A stretch of 64,000 bases of DNA, taken from the NCBI RefSeq assembly GCF_963506605.1, contig NC_083288.1, positions 41,726,001-41,790,000 on the forward strand. Direction: 5' to 3'. This DNA is from Zootoca vivipara. Lineage: Eukaryota. The notes beneath the pieces were generated by a model that was not told the DNA's origin, ran no database searches, and worked only from the letters and a program-made list of their open reading frames with translations. Position 1 is the stretch's first letter. Each line of letters opens with the position of its first letter. The position numbers were made by a program, and so were the translations under genes. Shown here piece by piece: positions 25,445 to 38,640 of this stretch.

Positions 25445-26045
25445 CCATACAAGGGCAACTGTTTGTTCTACACAGAAACCATTATTTCTTCTCCACGATA
25501 AAAATGGTCTCATTTTAATGGTAGTTCAGTTTCCTGAGAAAATGCAATCTGGGAGTATCCCAGACAGTATTTAAGTAAATCTGGTTATGTTACAGCATCC
25601 TTTGTGTTATGTTGCCAGTTGCCAGTGAAAACGCAGAGGGATTTTTGAGGAGCAGCAGATTTAATCATAGACCTGTTAATAACCAAGGAGGAAAGTAGGT
25701 ATTCAGTGCTAGGTTTTCCCTGTGGAATTGCTGAAGGAAATGTGTTTGTCACATACTCAGGACTGTTATTGTTAATTCCCTTTCATTAGCTAATAAGGGA
25801 CCAGTGGCGTATTGGTGAAGTTAGAAGTTAGAAGTTCATCCTAGAAGACCTTGTATCCAATGGAGATCCCAAAAATTAGGATGGTGGTCAGGATCTTGGG
25901 ATTTGGCTGAGCAGACCTATATTCACCACACCCATGTGGCATGACTGCAACAGCACGCATAGTAGTTACTTGGGACAAAGCTTCCATCGGTTTTTTAAAT
26001 CACTTGTAAAATATGGTGAATTTTACAACAATATCTTTAGTAGTC
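25445..26045 (-). promoter_or_regulatory. Candidate promoter/5' UTR block of gene B, shared with C (38641-39262) and D (51837-52454)
   Basis: Collinear non-coding sequence upstream of all three ATGs, with a TATA-like TTAAATA ~125-145 bp upstream. Conservation may only reflect recent duplication. Confidence 0.4.
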
Positions 26046-26212
26046 TGAAATGAAACCTTTAGCTTTCCATTCAAAATTTAAATTATTTGTTCCTAAGGGT
26101 TCCTTTTTAAACTTTAGTATGGGGGGAGGGGGAGACATTAAATTCAGAGAAGAATGAAGAGTGGCTCTGCTATGGTTCATGCCCACATAGCTGTCTGTGT
26201 TCCTTGTTGGTA

Positions 26213-27016
26213 TCAGGGTACTTTGTCAGGGAGAAAAGCTACATGACCTGCTCTATTGACTTGTTCATGCTTTAATTCTTTCTTAGAATAATTCTTTCTT
26301 AGAATAAACTGTCTCCTGCTGTTTAACTCTGGCCTTAGCAAAATGATATAACATTTGGGGGAAAAGATGCAGCCCAATAATCCAAAACAAGAGGCCAAAA
26401 TAGAAAAGATCTCCACAGCCACCATATACTTTCCCTTGGTACTCAGGTAGGTAGGAACAAAGGACAGCCACACACTGCAAAAAACCAACATGCTGAAGGT
26501 GATAAACTTGGCTTCATTAAAACTGTTGGGTAACTTCCTGGCTAGGAAGGCTACACTGAAACTGACCATGACCAGCATTCCCATGAAGCCTAGGACACAG
26601 TAGAACATGGTGACTGATCCTTCGTTACATTGCAGTACAATTTCTTTAGTCCCTGAGTGCTTGTCTAAATGAGGGAGTGGGGGAGCAACTATCAGCCAGG
26701 CACTGCAAATAATCATTTGAACAAGGAAGCTGAAAAGAACAATAGAGATGGACACGTGTTTCCCTACCCATCTCCTGATTCTGGACCTGGCTAGGTAGCC
26801 ATGAAGGCTAGAACCACTTTAGTTGTTTTTGCTAAGATGCAAGACACTACTACTGGGAAAGCAGTTTGGAGGCAAGTTATTTTTGTGGGCTGGTCAATGA
26901 ATAGCAAAGGACAGAGAATGAGGGCTATGAGGAGAACATAGGTGAGGGTCTGATTGTTGCCTTTCACAATGGGAGTCTCTTTGTGCTTGAGGAAGATCCT
27001 AAGCACCAAAACTGTA
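26213..27016 (-). pseudogene. Orphan V2R exon-6 (7TM) fragment, copy 1
   Basis: ORFs 26213-26755 and 26791-27024 encode V2R TM segments ([13 protein letters not shown]). Premature TAG plus 1-bp deletion near 26785, small internal deletions, no acceptor or upstream exons. Confidence 0.9.
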
Positions 27017-27134
27017 TCAATCATAAATTATAGCCACCTCAGAGATAGTTAGAAAAGGGAGTCTTTTGCAAACCCCATGCCCATCAGGGTTCTTATGTGT
27101 TTTGGGGATGAGAAGTTAATGTCACTTAACTTTG

Positions 27135-27260
27135 GACAAGTTGTTATTTCTTTATTTTTTCTTCCTTATTAGCTGTTCCCTATTGTTCAGCTCAGGCCTC
27201 AGAATGATTACATAACATTTTGGGAAGAAGATGCAAACCAGCAGTCCAACACCGGCTAAG
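27135..27260 (-). repeat. Local duplicate of the last ~125 bp of gene C exon 6
   Basis: ttcttccttattagctgttccctattgttcagctcaggcctcagaatgatta..gatgcaaaccagc repeats about 27303-27432. Confidence 0.85.
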
Positions 27261-27319
27261 ATTCTACTGTACACAAAGAAAAAAGCACAAGATACAGGAA
27301 AGGACAGGTTGCTATTTCT

Positions 27320-30300
27320 TTAATTTTTCTTCCTTATTAGTTGTTCCCTATTGTTCAACTCAGGCCTCAGAATGATTATATAACATTTTGGGAAGAAGAT
27401 GCAAACCAGCAACCCAACACCAGAAGCTAAGATGGAGAAGATCTCCACAGCTACCATATATTTTCCCTTGGTGCTCAGGTAGGAAGGAATAAATGACAGC
27501 CAAACACTGCAGAAGACCAACATGCTGAAAGTGATGAACTTGGCTTCGTTGAAACTGTCTGGTAACTTCCTGGCGAGGAAAGCCACAGCAAAACTTACAG
27601 TTGCCAGGAAGCTCATGTAGATGAGGACACAGTAAAACATGGCCACAGACCCTTCATTACATTCTAGTATGATTTCTTCAGTCTTTGAGTGCATGTCCAC
27701 ATCTGGGTATGGGGGAGAGGTTGCCAGCCACACAATACATATCCCTGCTTGGACTATGGAGCAGGAAAGGAGAATGGAGTGGCCTAGTCCTTTCCCCACC
27801 CATTTCCTCATCCTGGATTCTGGTTTTGTAGCCATGAAGGCCAAAACCACCATGAAGGTTTTTGCCAGGACACAAGAAACAGCGGTTGAGAAGATGATGC
27901 CAAAAGCTGTTTGTCGGAGGAGGCAGGTCACCTTCTCTGGTCGGCCGATGAAGAGCAATGCACAAAGGAAGCAGAGCAGGAGAGAGATGAGGAGAGCGTA
28001 GGTGAGGTTTCGGTTGTTTGCAATGACAATGGGTGTGTTGTGGTGTTTTATAAATATACAAAGTACCAGAGCTGCGATCAGGGAAAGGGAAAGAGAGAAG
28101 CAGGCTAAACTGATGCCCAAAGGTTCTTCATAAGACAAGAAGCTGATATCCTTGGGTAGACATGCATCCCGGTTCTTGCTTGGATAGTCTTTGTCTGGAC
28201 ATTTTTTACAGTCATTCATATCTGGAAAATAATAATAAGGAAATGACCTTTAACTCATGGCATGTCATCTTCCTGAAATGTTGACTTTCTGTTTGAGAAG
28301 AATAGAGCTCTGCTGAAATTAAAACACATGTTTAATACTGTCTGATGCTCTGTAATGTTTTGTTGGATTTAATCAGTTCAGAGCTATTTGTTCTGTAAAT
28401 GGCACAGCCAGGGCCATTCCTCCTCATGCTTTTGGAACGTATCATTGCACTAGCCTGGGTGCAGCCTGTGTTCATTCATTAATAAGGATTGAAATAGCCC
28501 CTTCTAGGACTTCCAGAGTATTGCAAATGGCTGCGGAGGGCGGGTCTTGATCATCAAGGGGTGAAAGGGGGAAGCACAAAGGCACTGTGAACCCCTATAA
28601 GAGGCTCAAAAGGGAATTCTGGGCACTGGTTCCAGTGGCGCTGAATTTTGTGCTCTCCAAACCCTTTCTGAGGCTCTGAAAGATGTGAAGGGGGCGGGGT
28701 AGAGATTGAGCGAAAAGCACTATTAATGATGACAAACTCCCGATGAGAAGCCTCAGCCTCCAGACGTGGATGCGGTAACCTTTTATATTAATTTAAAGCA
28801 AAGTACTTTAAAATCTGAAGGATTATTTGGAAAAATTAGGATGATTTGGTGTAGAAATGGGTTGATATGAAGAAAGTTCACCCGGATTGTGGTCTCATTT
28901 ACCCAGCTTGGGACAACTTGCAACTAAACGAGAAGACCATGTTTTAAATCATAAAGAATATCATCTTGCGAAATAAACTGCAAGAGTGAGACAAGCAGTT
29001 GTCTTAAAATGGGACTGCGAACCCCCCCCAACCGGTTTGGAAGGGGGGTAGAGGGAAATATTCACACCTGGAACTGAACTTTCTGATAGGAAAGCAGTTA
29101 AAACAATGGCTTTTCCTCATACATTTTAATTTTTAACTTTTGTCACTGGACGCTTGGAGGAACAGCAATCAGAGGATTTGGTTTTCCTTTCTTTCTTCCC
29201 CCTTTTTCCTTTTTTGGTATGTAAGAAAAAGAACAGTGGGGAACTGTGTCCCTGCCTCAGTCTCAGAGCTTAAATATTTTTTCTTCTGTTGGAAGATACT
29301 TTTTTTGCTGTCATAATATAACTGTAACGAAGGGGGTTGTACTTGGTGTTAAATCTGAAGAAATGATTTGGATTAGGCTTCAGTGCAAGCTGAAGAAATG
29401 GGTTATCTACTTTTTGTTCCCAATTAAAGCTCCCCCCACCAGTCAGTTAAAGGGGGCAGGGAGAATACAGATGGAAACCCCCTGTTCTCCTAACTTTTAA
29501 GTTCTGTTGTGGATGTTGGTGGAGTTCTTGCAAGGGTGGATTAGGCTTGGGGAAGAAAGCTGAAGAGTATTTTGACTTTGTGACCCTTTTTTTCTTATTA
29601 ACAGGAAACACCATATAAACTCAACAATGGAAGCAGAAAGGAAAGGGAAAGAAGAAAGAAGGAAGGAGGGGGTGAGGAGAGAGGAGACGAAAGGGGAGGA
29701 GGACATCTAGTGGTGAAAAGAAGTAATTGCAGGAAAGAAAAAATAGTTGTTGTTTTCCCCCTGGCTGGAACTGAAACAGGGGAAGCAGGGGTCCCAGAGG
29801 AAAAGAGGGGAACAAAAGAGTAATGGTATAAAATAATTTAAGGGAAAATAAATATAAGAAAAAAGTTTCTTTTTGAAAATCAAACATGGAAACAAAAAAG
29901 TCACAATCAGTGTCAGGAAGTAAAATTACCACACAGACAAGAAGGGGATCTGCAATAGAGACAGAACCAAAGGTGGATATTGCAGACATTTTGATGGATT
30001 TGAATAAAAAAGATTTAAGAGAAAATACGGACAACTTAGATAAAATGTCTGGGAAAATAGAACAGAACACCAAGACTGTGGAGGGTTTAACGGGACAGAT
30101 TAAGCAATTTATGACAAAGATGACAGACTTAACAAAAATCCATGCAAGAGTTAAGGGGAAAAAACTACAAGGCTTAGAGAAAACCAGAAAAAGGACACAA
30201 GGAGAAGGAAAAAAAGATGAAAAGGGAACAGGAAAAGATGAGAGAGTATATGACGGAAAACAGGAGGCAACATGGAGATGCAGCAAAAGGAGCTGTTTTT

Positions 30301-33300
30301 ACATTATAGAGGGATCCCAGAGGAGGAGGAGGACATGAGAGAGAGAATTATATCAGAGATTGTTGAAGGCCAGCAAGGCTGAACCTGATGTAAACTGCCA
30401 ACTAAAACCATTTGGATACAGCAGAGTATGCGCAGATAGACAGGAAGGTTCTTGGCTGCAAAACGTTGGCAAGTAGAATGGACGCAGGAACTCACTGCCA
30501 CTATGTACAACTTTATTTACAGCAGTCTCCAGACTATATACAAACTTGAATCTTTGGGAAAACAATAAACAGTACAAATCCTTTACTCTCACTACTCTCT
30601 CTATACAACCTTCTCCAACCACTATCAACCAACACTAAGAGTCATGATTGTGCCTGCCTTTATTGGCCCCTCAACCAATCACCAAGTTGTTACTAAGGCT
30701 ATCTCCAGGCAGATTAGAGATAGTTTGTCTTGACCTACTTTTTCTTGGTTATAAGCCAACTCTTAATTGCTCAATGTGAGGAGCTGCAGAATTGCATGTA
30801 CACACTAAAAACCCAACAGAGATGACACATTGGTTGGGATTGGATGTAGATAATTTGCAGCAATCAATTGATAAAATGTTCAGAGTGAAATCAAGTTACA
30901 CAAAGAAAAATAAATTATCAGGGGACTGCCTGGTAATTTTTAATTCACGAATGGTAAGCGAGTAATAGAGACGAATCCTTAAGGAAATTCTGATGAGATT
31001 GCTGAAAAAGAGATCTAATTATAAAACCCTGACTGACACCATGAAGAATAACAAGATTGCATACAGATGGGAGTTCTCTGAAGGTGTCTCTTTCACATAT
31101 AAAGGGAAAGAACAAAAATGTAAATGTATACAAGAAATGGAGAAGTTCTGGAGGAAATATAAGAAGGAACTGGGAAGAAAAAACCTGAAGCACTTGGTGG
31201 AGAAGGAGAATCAGATTCTGGAAAGGAGGAAGAATTGCAGGAAGAAGATAAACAACAAGATATCAATTGACTGTTTATAAAATATTCAAATAAAACCCAA
31301 ATTGAATGTGAAAATCTTAACCTGGAATGTAAATGGAATAAGAATAAATTAAAAAGGAATAAAATTGATCACATATTACAAGGAGAAAATCTGGATATTA
31401 CTGGTTTGCAAGAAACTCATGTTGCAAGAAAACATAGAAAACTATTGATAAATAAAAGATTAGGGATGGATTTCATAGCATCAGACAAGACAAAAAATGA
31501 GGTGTGGTAATTTATGGAACAGACATATACAACGCTAAACGGTTATTTAAAGATGAGGATGGAAGAATGATGGCTATACAGATAACATTACAAGGTGAAA
31601 AATTGTGATAATTGGAATCAATGCCTCAACACCGTTCAATCCTAAATACTGGGTCTGGATCTATTTAATCTATTTATTTCTCTCACCATCCTGGTTTGCA
31701 ATCTTCTCCTCCGGACATGGGATGCAATCGTAGCAGCAAGGGGGCTGTCCTTCCTTCACTTTCTTGCTGGATCCCGGAAGACATCTCCCAGTACATACAG
31801 AAAGAGGCTGAGTCTAATCCATAAATGGAAGAGCAGAAGGGTCATCAAGAGACTAATGAGTTTGGAACCCTTTATGTTCCTGGGCCTTTCTCTATGTTAT
31901 TAAACTGACACAGCCTTTCAGTAATGTGTAATGCCAATACAAAGAGTCACTGCTTCTTTTCTTATTAGTAGTAGTAATGTTTGAAATCATGTGATATCCC
32001 CTCTATATTGCTCTAGGATGTGCAGTGCCCCATCTGTTCTGCAAAGATTGCTTTGTCTATTAAGGTACACTTTGAAGTAGTTTCCTTGTTAATTTTGTTA
32101 TAATTGTTACTTTTGAGTATTTCATCCCCTTGGTAGACAGCTCTAGAATTGATTTTGTTGCCTGTGGCTACACCTATTCTTGGACCCATCAGATGCTGCC
32201 TGGAGCACAGTTCCGGAAATGCTACCCAGAGTGGCTGGAAAACCCCACCGAGATTGGGGATGGTATTATTGTTGTTCTTGTTTTTAATTTTTGAGGAAGA
32301 CTATCATTGTGAATTCTAATACAAATATATTCTGGACAAATACATGAATTGGAAAGAAGCTATGCAAGACCTATGACACTCCTCGCCAAACAATTCTGAG
32401 CATGTTAAGAAGAAAAAAATACTTTTGAATACATAGTTTGGGATCACTCTTTTAAAAAGACTGATGCATCCATTCTTAATGCTCAGTCGATTGCTCTTCA
32501 CACCTTAATCCTCAGGTCCCTCCTTCAATCTCTCATTCTCCACCACGTCTCCTCCTTCCACCTCTTCCACCCCCACCCTTAGAAGATGAGTGTTCTCCTG
32601 CACCTGCTGCTGTCTGTTCTCAGTTTCTTCCTCTGGTATTATTATGCCTCCTTTCCCCAACTTTCTAGCAAGAAATTCAATGTCCCGGAGCTTATCAATT
32701 CATACATTATCTTTCACTGTCAGAAATCAGTATTTAATAAGTGTAAAGCAATCCCAATTTCTTTGGTTTATTTTAAAATAGTTTTCTTTTCTACTTAGGA
32801 TTCTGGTTAAAGACCTCCAGCTGGGGAAAGATTAATCCATTGAATTAGTCCAATTTACCACTTGTGTCCACTTTTTGATATAAGGTTGCTTCAAGGTCAA
32901 AATGATTGTGAGGATGATAGCTTCATGGTCTCTGAGCTTCAAGCTCTTGTGCTGGGGAAATTTACCCAGAGGCTCTATTTGACTGAAAGAAAACCTGCCC
33001 TCCTGTCTCCAGGCCTTTTCATAGAAAAAACTGATATTTGATCTGGACCTAATGACCCACATTCAGATGAAGGATTGTGTGGTGCAAAAACCACATTTGC
33101 TTGGATGAAGCTTGTAGTGGAGTCTGTGAATGGTTTGGATTAGAGAGAAAAAACCTAGCTTTTCTTAATTTCATCTGAAGTAGGATCCCCCTAAAGTCTA
33201 TTCACACTGTTAAGCATTTTGTAGTAAAAGGATTCTTCTGTTTTGTAACCTCCTTATTAAAATATTGGTCTTCTAGCAGTAAACGTTTGGCTCTTAATCT

Positions 33301-36300
33301 GGTACCTGAATGCTCTGGTCATACACCACTCATCAATTTACGACTCAAAAGACAGTGAGTAGACCTGCAGGTGGATAATAATTGCTTATTCAATACTGAA
33401 TCTCTTTTGAATTAGCAAACAATGCAACTCTACCTGGTTAAACCAACCGTGCCATGTGATGGAATCTTCATCAATGAGTAATGATTGGTCTGGTGGAGCC
33501 TGAGGATCTACCCTGCCAACTTTCACTCTCTGCAAACTTTGGTTGGCGAATATAATCCAATTGACAATATCCAAGCTAGATGCTGCCTCTCCATTCTGGT
33601 TGATGAAGACCACATCTCCTGCCGTATTGTTAAATGTGATGCTTCTCAGAAATTGATTGAGCTAGATTGAAAACAGAAAAGACAGTGGTTTGGAAAAGAC
33701 TGCAGTCTAATGAAGGGAGGAGCATTTTCCCCTATGAGCAGAAGCTACAGCAAATGGTGAGGGGTGATTCAGTCAACTGCCAGTGGATTTAGGTCCAAGC
33801 TTGGAGAGAGTCAACCAATTTTCTTTCACACGGATGCCTCTCTCTCAGTCTTCCTTACAACCCTTCTCATTCTGAATGCCCACAAGTTAAATACAGTGGT
33901 ACCTCTACTTACGAATAACTCTACTTATGAATGTTTCTACTTACGAATGGAGCTCCGTCCGCCATCTTGGATGCGGTTTAGATAGGATTTTTTCTACTTA
34001 CGAATTTTTAGATAGGGTTGCTTCGACTTACGAATTTTTTCTCCCAATGCATTCCTATGGGATTCGACTTACAAATTTTTTCGACTTACAAATGTGTGTT
34101 TGGAACGCATTAAATTCGTAAGTAGAGGTACCACTGTATGTGTGAGTAGCAAAGTTCTTCTCTCTGCTACTCCTCCTCCCCCTCACTGAACATCTCGGAG
34201 AACACAGCATTAATGTGCAACACCTCCTCTAAGGAAGGATTTGGTTGATATGGAATAGAGGGAATACTGAACATCTCTCTCAACTGTTACCACAGCATTC
34301 ATATATAGGAAGCTGTGGTAACGGTTGAGAGAAATGTTCAGTGGCAGCTCACTGGGCACTAAAGCTTCCCTCATACAAATACTTTCTCTTCAAACACAGG
34401 ACAGTACAGTCAAACCTTGGAATTCAAATGTAATCTGTTCTGGAAGGACTTTTAACTTCTGAAATGTTTGATTTCTGAGGCTTTGTTTCCTATTGGCTCT
34501 TTATATTCCGATTTGAAAACCGGAACACTTAATCACTTAACTTCTGATCAACGGACATGATCAGAAACCGATCTTTGAATGAAGTGGGATATCATTGGAC
34601 TGCAAAGCTTCCCTCATACAAATGCTTTCTGCTCAAAAACAGGGCAGTACCTGCTCAAAAAGGACACAACCATCACTTCCCTTCCCTATAGAGTCTTCTG
34701 CCATTTGCAAGCAGAACAATATACGGGAATCATCTAGGATACTATCACATCAGTGCCACCTCTTACTTTGTCTGCAGACTTATAAATTCCGTTCTGGGCT
34801 CTTCTTCCTCATACACTAGTGCAAATGTTTGAACTCTGAGAAGAAAGAGCAAGCTGAAAGCATTTTGGGAACCCATACAGTGTCAGAAAGTAACAGGGCT
34901 TTGCCAGTTGAGGATGTTCAGCTTTTACCTGCCAAAACTCTTGATTTGGATTCTTCCCTCTCCCTCCATATGCAATTACTCTGTGCCTGAGTCTGGATGT
35001 GGACATGGCATGTAAAGCATGGGCCATGGCGTAGACAGCACTGTGGATGCTGTAACTGTGGCCTGTCATGCTCATTTCAAAAAGTGATCCAGGAAGGTTC
35101 TCCAGCTTCTCTTCTCCAGTGCAAATATTCCCTTCTGCATTGTCTGAAGTGATATCCTGGAATACACATTCAAAGGTCTGTTGCCAGAAGTCCCTGATAA
35201 AACCATCCCTATATGTGCTGGAAGGGTTTCTGTGCAGAACATACTGATGAAATCCTGGTGGGTTTCTAAAGTGAATTTCAAAGGCTATAGCACCATTGAA
35301 TATTCCTGAATCCCAGTCCCTTTGAAAGACATATGAAGCAAACTCAACCTTGGCTGTGAATATCCATACTTTACTTCTTACATTATTATTTATGTCATCA
35401 TGTTCTAAAAGGTTTGGAAGCCATCTAAAAGTTCCCATGGAACAAGATTCTCCAGAGGCAACCACTACGTTAGCTTTGCTGCTAAAAATTTTCTGGCTTA
35501 TTGTTTCACCCTTTTTTAGCATTCCAATAACTTCAGAACGAAAACTAAATTTGGGAATTCTTTCTATGAATGCAAAGCAGACACCACTCTTGGTAAACAT
35601 TGGGGAAATGGTTTGCACAAATCTTTCTCCCTTGTCATTGTCTGTTGCAATGACTCCAATCCACGTCCACCTGAAATGCAGAAGCAAAGAGAGAATTCCC
35701 TTATACTGAAGGGCTTCCGGGGCTGCCATCTGGTAGAAGGGAAGCCCTGGGCTTTTATCATTCATCATTGGAGCAGAGCCATAAATGAGCTAAAGCAGGA
35801 ATAGAGGAAGAGAAGAGACAAAGTAATATTTGCAGAATTCTTTTAAACTATTCATATACATTATGTGGTGAATCCTGTTAGTCAGACATGTCCTTTTCCA
35901 CCCACCAGGCCTTGCATGCCTTCATGCAGATGGGCTGAAAATTGAGGTCATCTCCCATTCCTACTTCTAAAACATTCGCTGTGTTGACCCGAGAGCGGCA
36001 TTTTCCATATTATATTCTTAAACAAACAAACAACCCCCTTGTGTGTACTTTCCCAATTGGGCAGGGTAAAGCTGAATGAAGGGACACACCATGACCCAAA
36101 TAGAGGATTGCCTAACACTGTGTTAGACATTAGTCACTGCAGCCCCATCAGAATTGCAACTTTTGTCAGATACACATTTCCTCTCTGGCGTTTCTGTTGT
36201 CTTCATGATGTCTTCATGATCCCAGCACACAGCAGAACTTCCATTTCAGCCTCCTCTTTTCCAAGACTTCTTAGACTTCGTCTATCAACATTTATTTCAC

Positions 36301-38640
36301 TTCGGAACCAGATGCTCAATACTATTGCTGTTCTCCTGCAGAACTGGACTGTATCTGCAATTTGCCATAACTCCAGAGTGTGTGTAATTTGAAAGCCCTT
36401 TCCCCCCTAAACATTCACATAATGGTTACAGGTAGGTAGCCGTGTTGGTCTGACGTAGTTGAAACAAAAAATTAAAAAAATTCCTTCCAGTACCACCTTA
36501 GAGACCAACTAAGTTTGTCATTGGTATGAGCTTTCGTGCTGAAGAAATTTGCATGCACACAAAAGCTCATACCAATGACAAACTTAGTTTGTCTCTAAGG
36601 TGCTACTGGAAGGATTCACATATTTGGTGTGGTGTTGTGAAAAGGAATAATTATTGTATTTGCACTTCCTTGTGAATTTTTATCCTGTAAGCAATTCCCC
36701 CACTTCCCCTGAAACTCAATTCAGGAACTCTTCTCATTAAGCAGGAAATGCTTCATATCCAAAAATGGCTGGTGAGGGTGGAGTGCATGATTCTGCCCCC
36801 AATTTCATCCTTGCCCTGAACTGGGGATACACTCTGAACTGGTGCTGTGAATTCAGCCTCATTCTCTATGCAAGCTAAGAGAGGTATTGTACGTAGGTGT
36901 CTTACCTGTGGAATCTTATAGATATCCAACACTGTTGCCACATAAAATGAGATTTCAGAATTAAGTCCCCCAATGACCCCAGCCAGATTATTTTCAACAT
37001 CACATGTGTAGTTTGGGACAAATTTCTCCACCATGGATAAAAGCAGCAGTGTTGCAAGATACGTGCTCCTTGCATTGTCATAGCTGTCATATAAGCGAAA
37101 CCCCAAGGTGATATTGGGTAAGACGTGAGGGTCTTCATTGATCTCCTTGACTGCAAATGCCAAGGCCACAATGTGCTGGTAAAGCTTAGGCACCACCCTA
37201 GAATGAGAGTTGTAAACAGTATCAGAAGGAACTGATATATCCATTTACATATCCATTCCATTGCTGAACAGTTCCTATAACCAGTAAGTTTTCCCGATGT
37301 TTAGACAGAATCTCCTTTCTTTCAACTTGAATCCATTGGTTTGGGTCCTACCCTCTGCAGCAAGAGAAAACAAGCTTGCTCCATCTTCCTGGTTACAGCC
37401 CTTGAGATATTTGAAAATGGCTATCCTATATCCCACCAATCTTCTATTTTTATAGCTCAACATACCAAACCCCCTCAACTTTTCCTCATAAGGTTTGGCT
37501 TCCAGACCCTTGATCATATGTGTCCGCCTCTTCTGCACATGTTGTAGCTTCTCAGTATCCTTCTTAAATTGTGCTGAACACAATTGAACACAATACACTA
37601 GGTGTGTTCTGCGCAATGCAGAAGAGATCTCTTCTGGGTTTTTTGTTTTGTTTTATTGAGGCACTATGCTTCTGTTGATGCAGACTTGACCCTTTTCAGA
37701 TTTACTACTGGCAAGCCAGGTGTTCCCCATCTTAAATTTGTGCAGCTGGTATTTCCTGAGTGCAGAACCTGACATTTGTCCCTACTGAAATTCATTTTGT
37801 TAGTTTTGTCCCAGTTCTCCATTCTGGTAAGGCCAATGGTTTCTAGACCAAGGGTTGCTAGTGTGGTGCCCATAGGCACTTTGAACTCCTGGGGTCTTTC
37901 CCTGAAACATCTGAAGTCTTTCCCTGACATTTACAAAGTTTCTGAGCTCTCTCCCGCAATGACCCCTTCCTTTTTCATGAGGCAGAGATGGTGGTTGTAA
38001 TTCACAGAATTCTATACTTCATAGTATATATCGTTATTGTGAAACAAACTTTAGCCTAAGATCAGGAAATGAAACAATATGAGCATTTAGCTTCTGTAAA
38101 GCTTTTTAATTCATTTTCACTAACACTCCTATTCAGATAAAGTCTATCAAATTCGGCTGTTGAAAAGGGCTATCTCAGACACATAGATATGTACCAGTAT
38201 ACATTTATATTCATTTCCCTATTGAGATGGGAGCTTCTAGATTATTATTTTAATTCAGAAAACATTCCTATGTATTTTTACATCAGCGTATATTGAAGGA
38301 AATCAAAAGTGGTTATCCCTAGGTTAATTGGTAGACGTTTACAGCCTAAATTGTTATGCTGAGGCTGCAACTCTAGGTTTGATCATTACTCTGCAGTAAT
38401 AAATGAGTGACTTAGTTCTTACACAAGCTCTTCAGGCAGCACTGATCGGGGTTCCTCAGTGAAATTTGCTGCAGAGGAGAGGAAGCCACCATGGGAAACA
38501 ATGCCACCAATGAGGAACTCTCCTGGCTGATGGTACGTTTGAAGTGGACGGTGTGGACCTTGGAGCCTGCATCTTTCTATGTGAGCCTGACATACATTGT
38601 AAGAAATCAGTTCCAGTAGCAAGACGACTAAAAACACCAT
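27320..38640 (-). CDS. Vmn2r: V2R gene C, apparently intact, ~875 aa; paralogue of B
   Basis: e1 38423-38640, e2 36906-37197, e3 34929-35789, e4 33434-33661, e5 31687-31813, e6 27320-28221. Sum 2628 nt, in frame; canonical splice sites. Confidence 0.94.
28507..31625 (+). mobile_element. Old L1 5' portion (5' UTR, degenerate ORF1, start of ORF2) in gene C intron 5
   Basis: GGACTTCC start; ORF1-like pieces 29886-30338 and 30993-31280 ([15 protein letters not shown]); [15 protein letters not shown] endonuclease start. Absent at the same site in gene F. Confidence 0.85.
30361..30818 (-). mobile_element. Solo LTR nested in L1
   Basis: TGTTG...CAACA termini, 5-bp TSD GAGAT (30356-30360 and 30819-30823), AATAAA on the minus strand near 30512. 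Confidence 0.85.
33894..34137. mobile_element. Tc1/mariner MITE specific to gene C intron 3
   Basis: TA-CAGTGGTACCTCTACTTACG...CGTAAGTAGAGGTACCACTG-TA; the equivalent site in D (~46696) is empty. Confidence 0.92.
36422..36613. mobile_element. Penelope-like element fragment with internal inverted repeat
   Basis: GGTTACAGGTAGGTAGCCGTGTTGGTC start, arms 36483-36538 and 36558-36613, flanking duplication ATTCACATA; absent from B, D and F. Confidence 0.8.
37255..37830 (-). mobile_element. CR1 fragment in gene C intron 1
   Basis: [30 protein letters not shown]. Confidence 0.88.
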
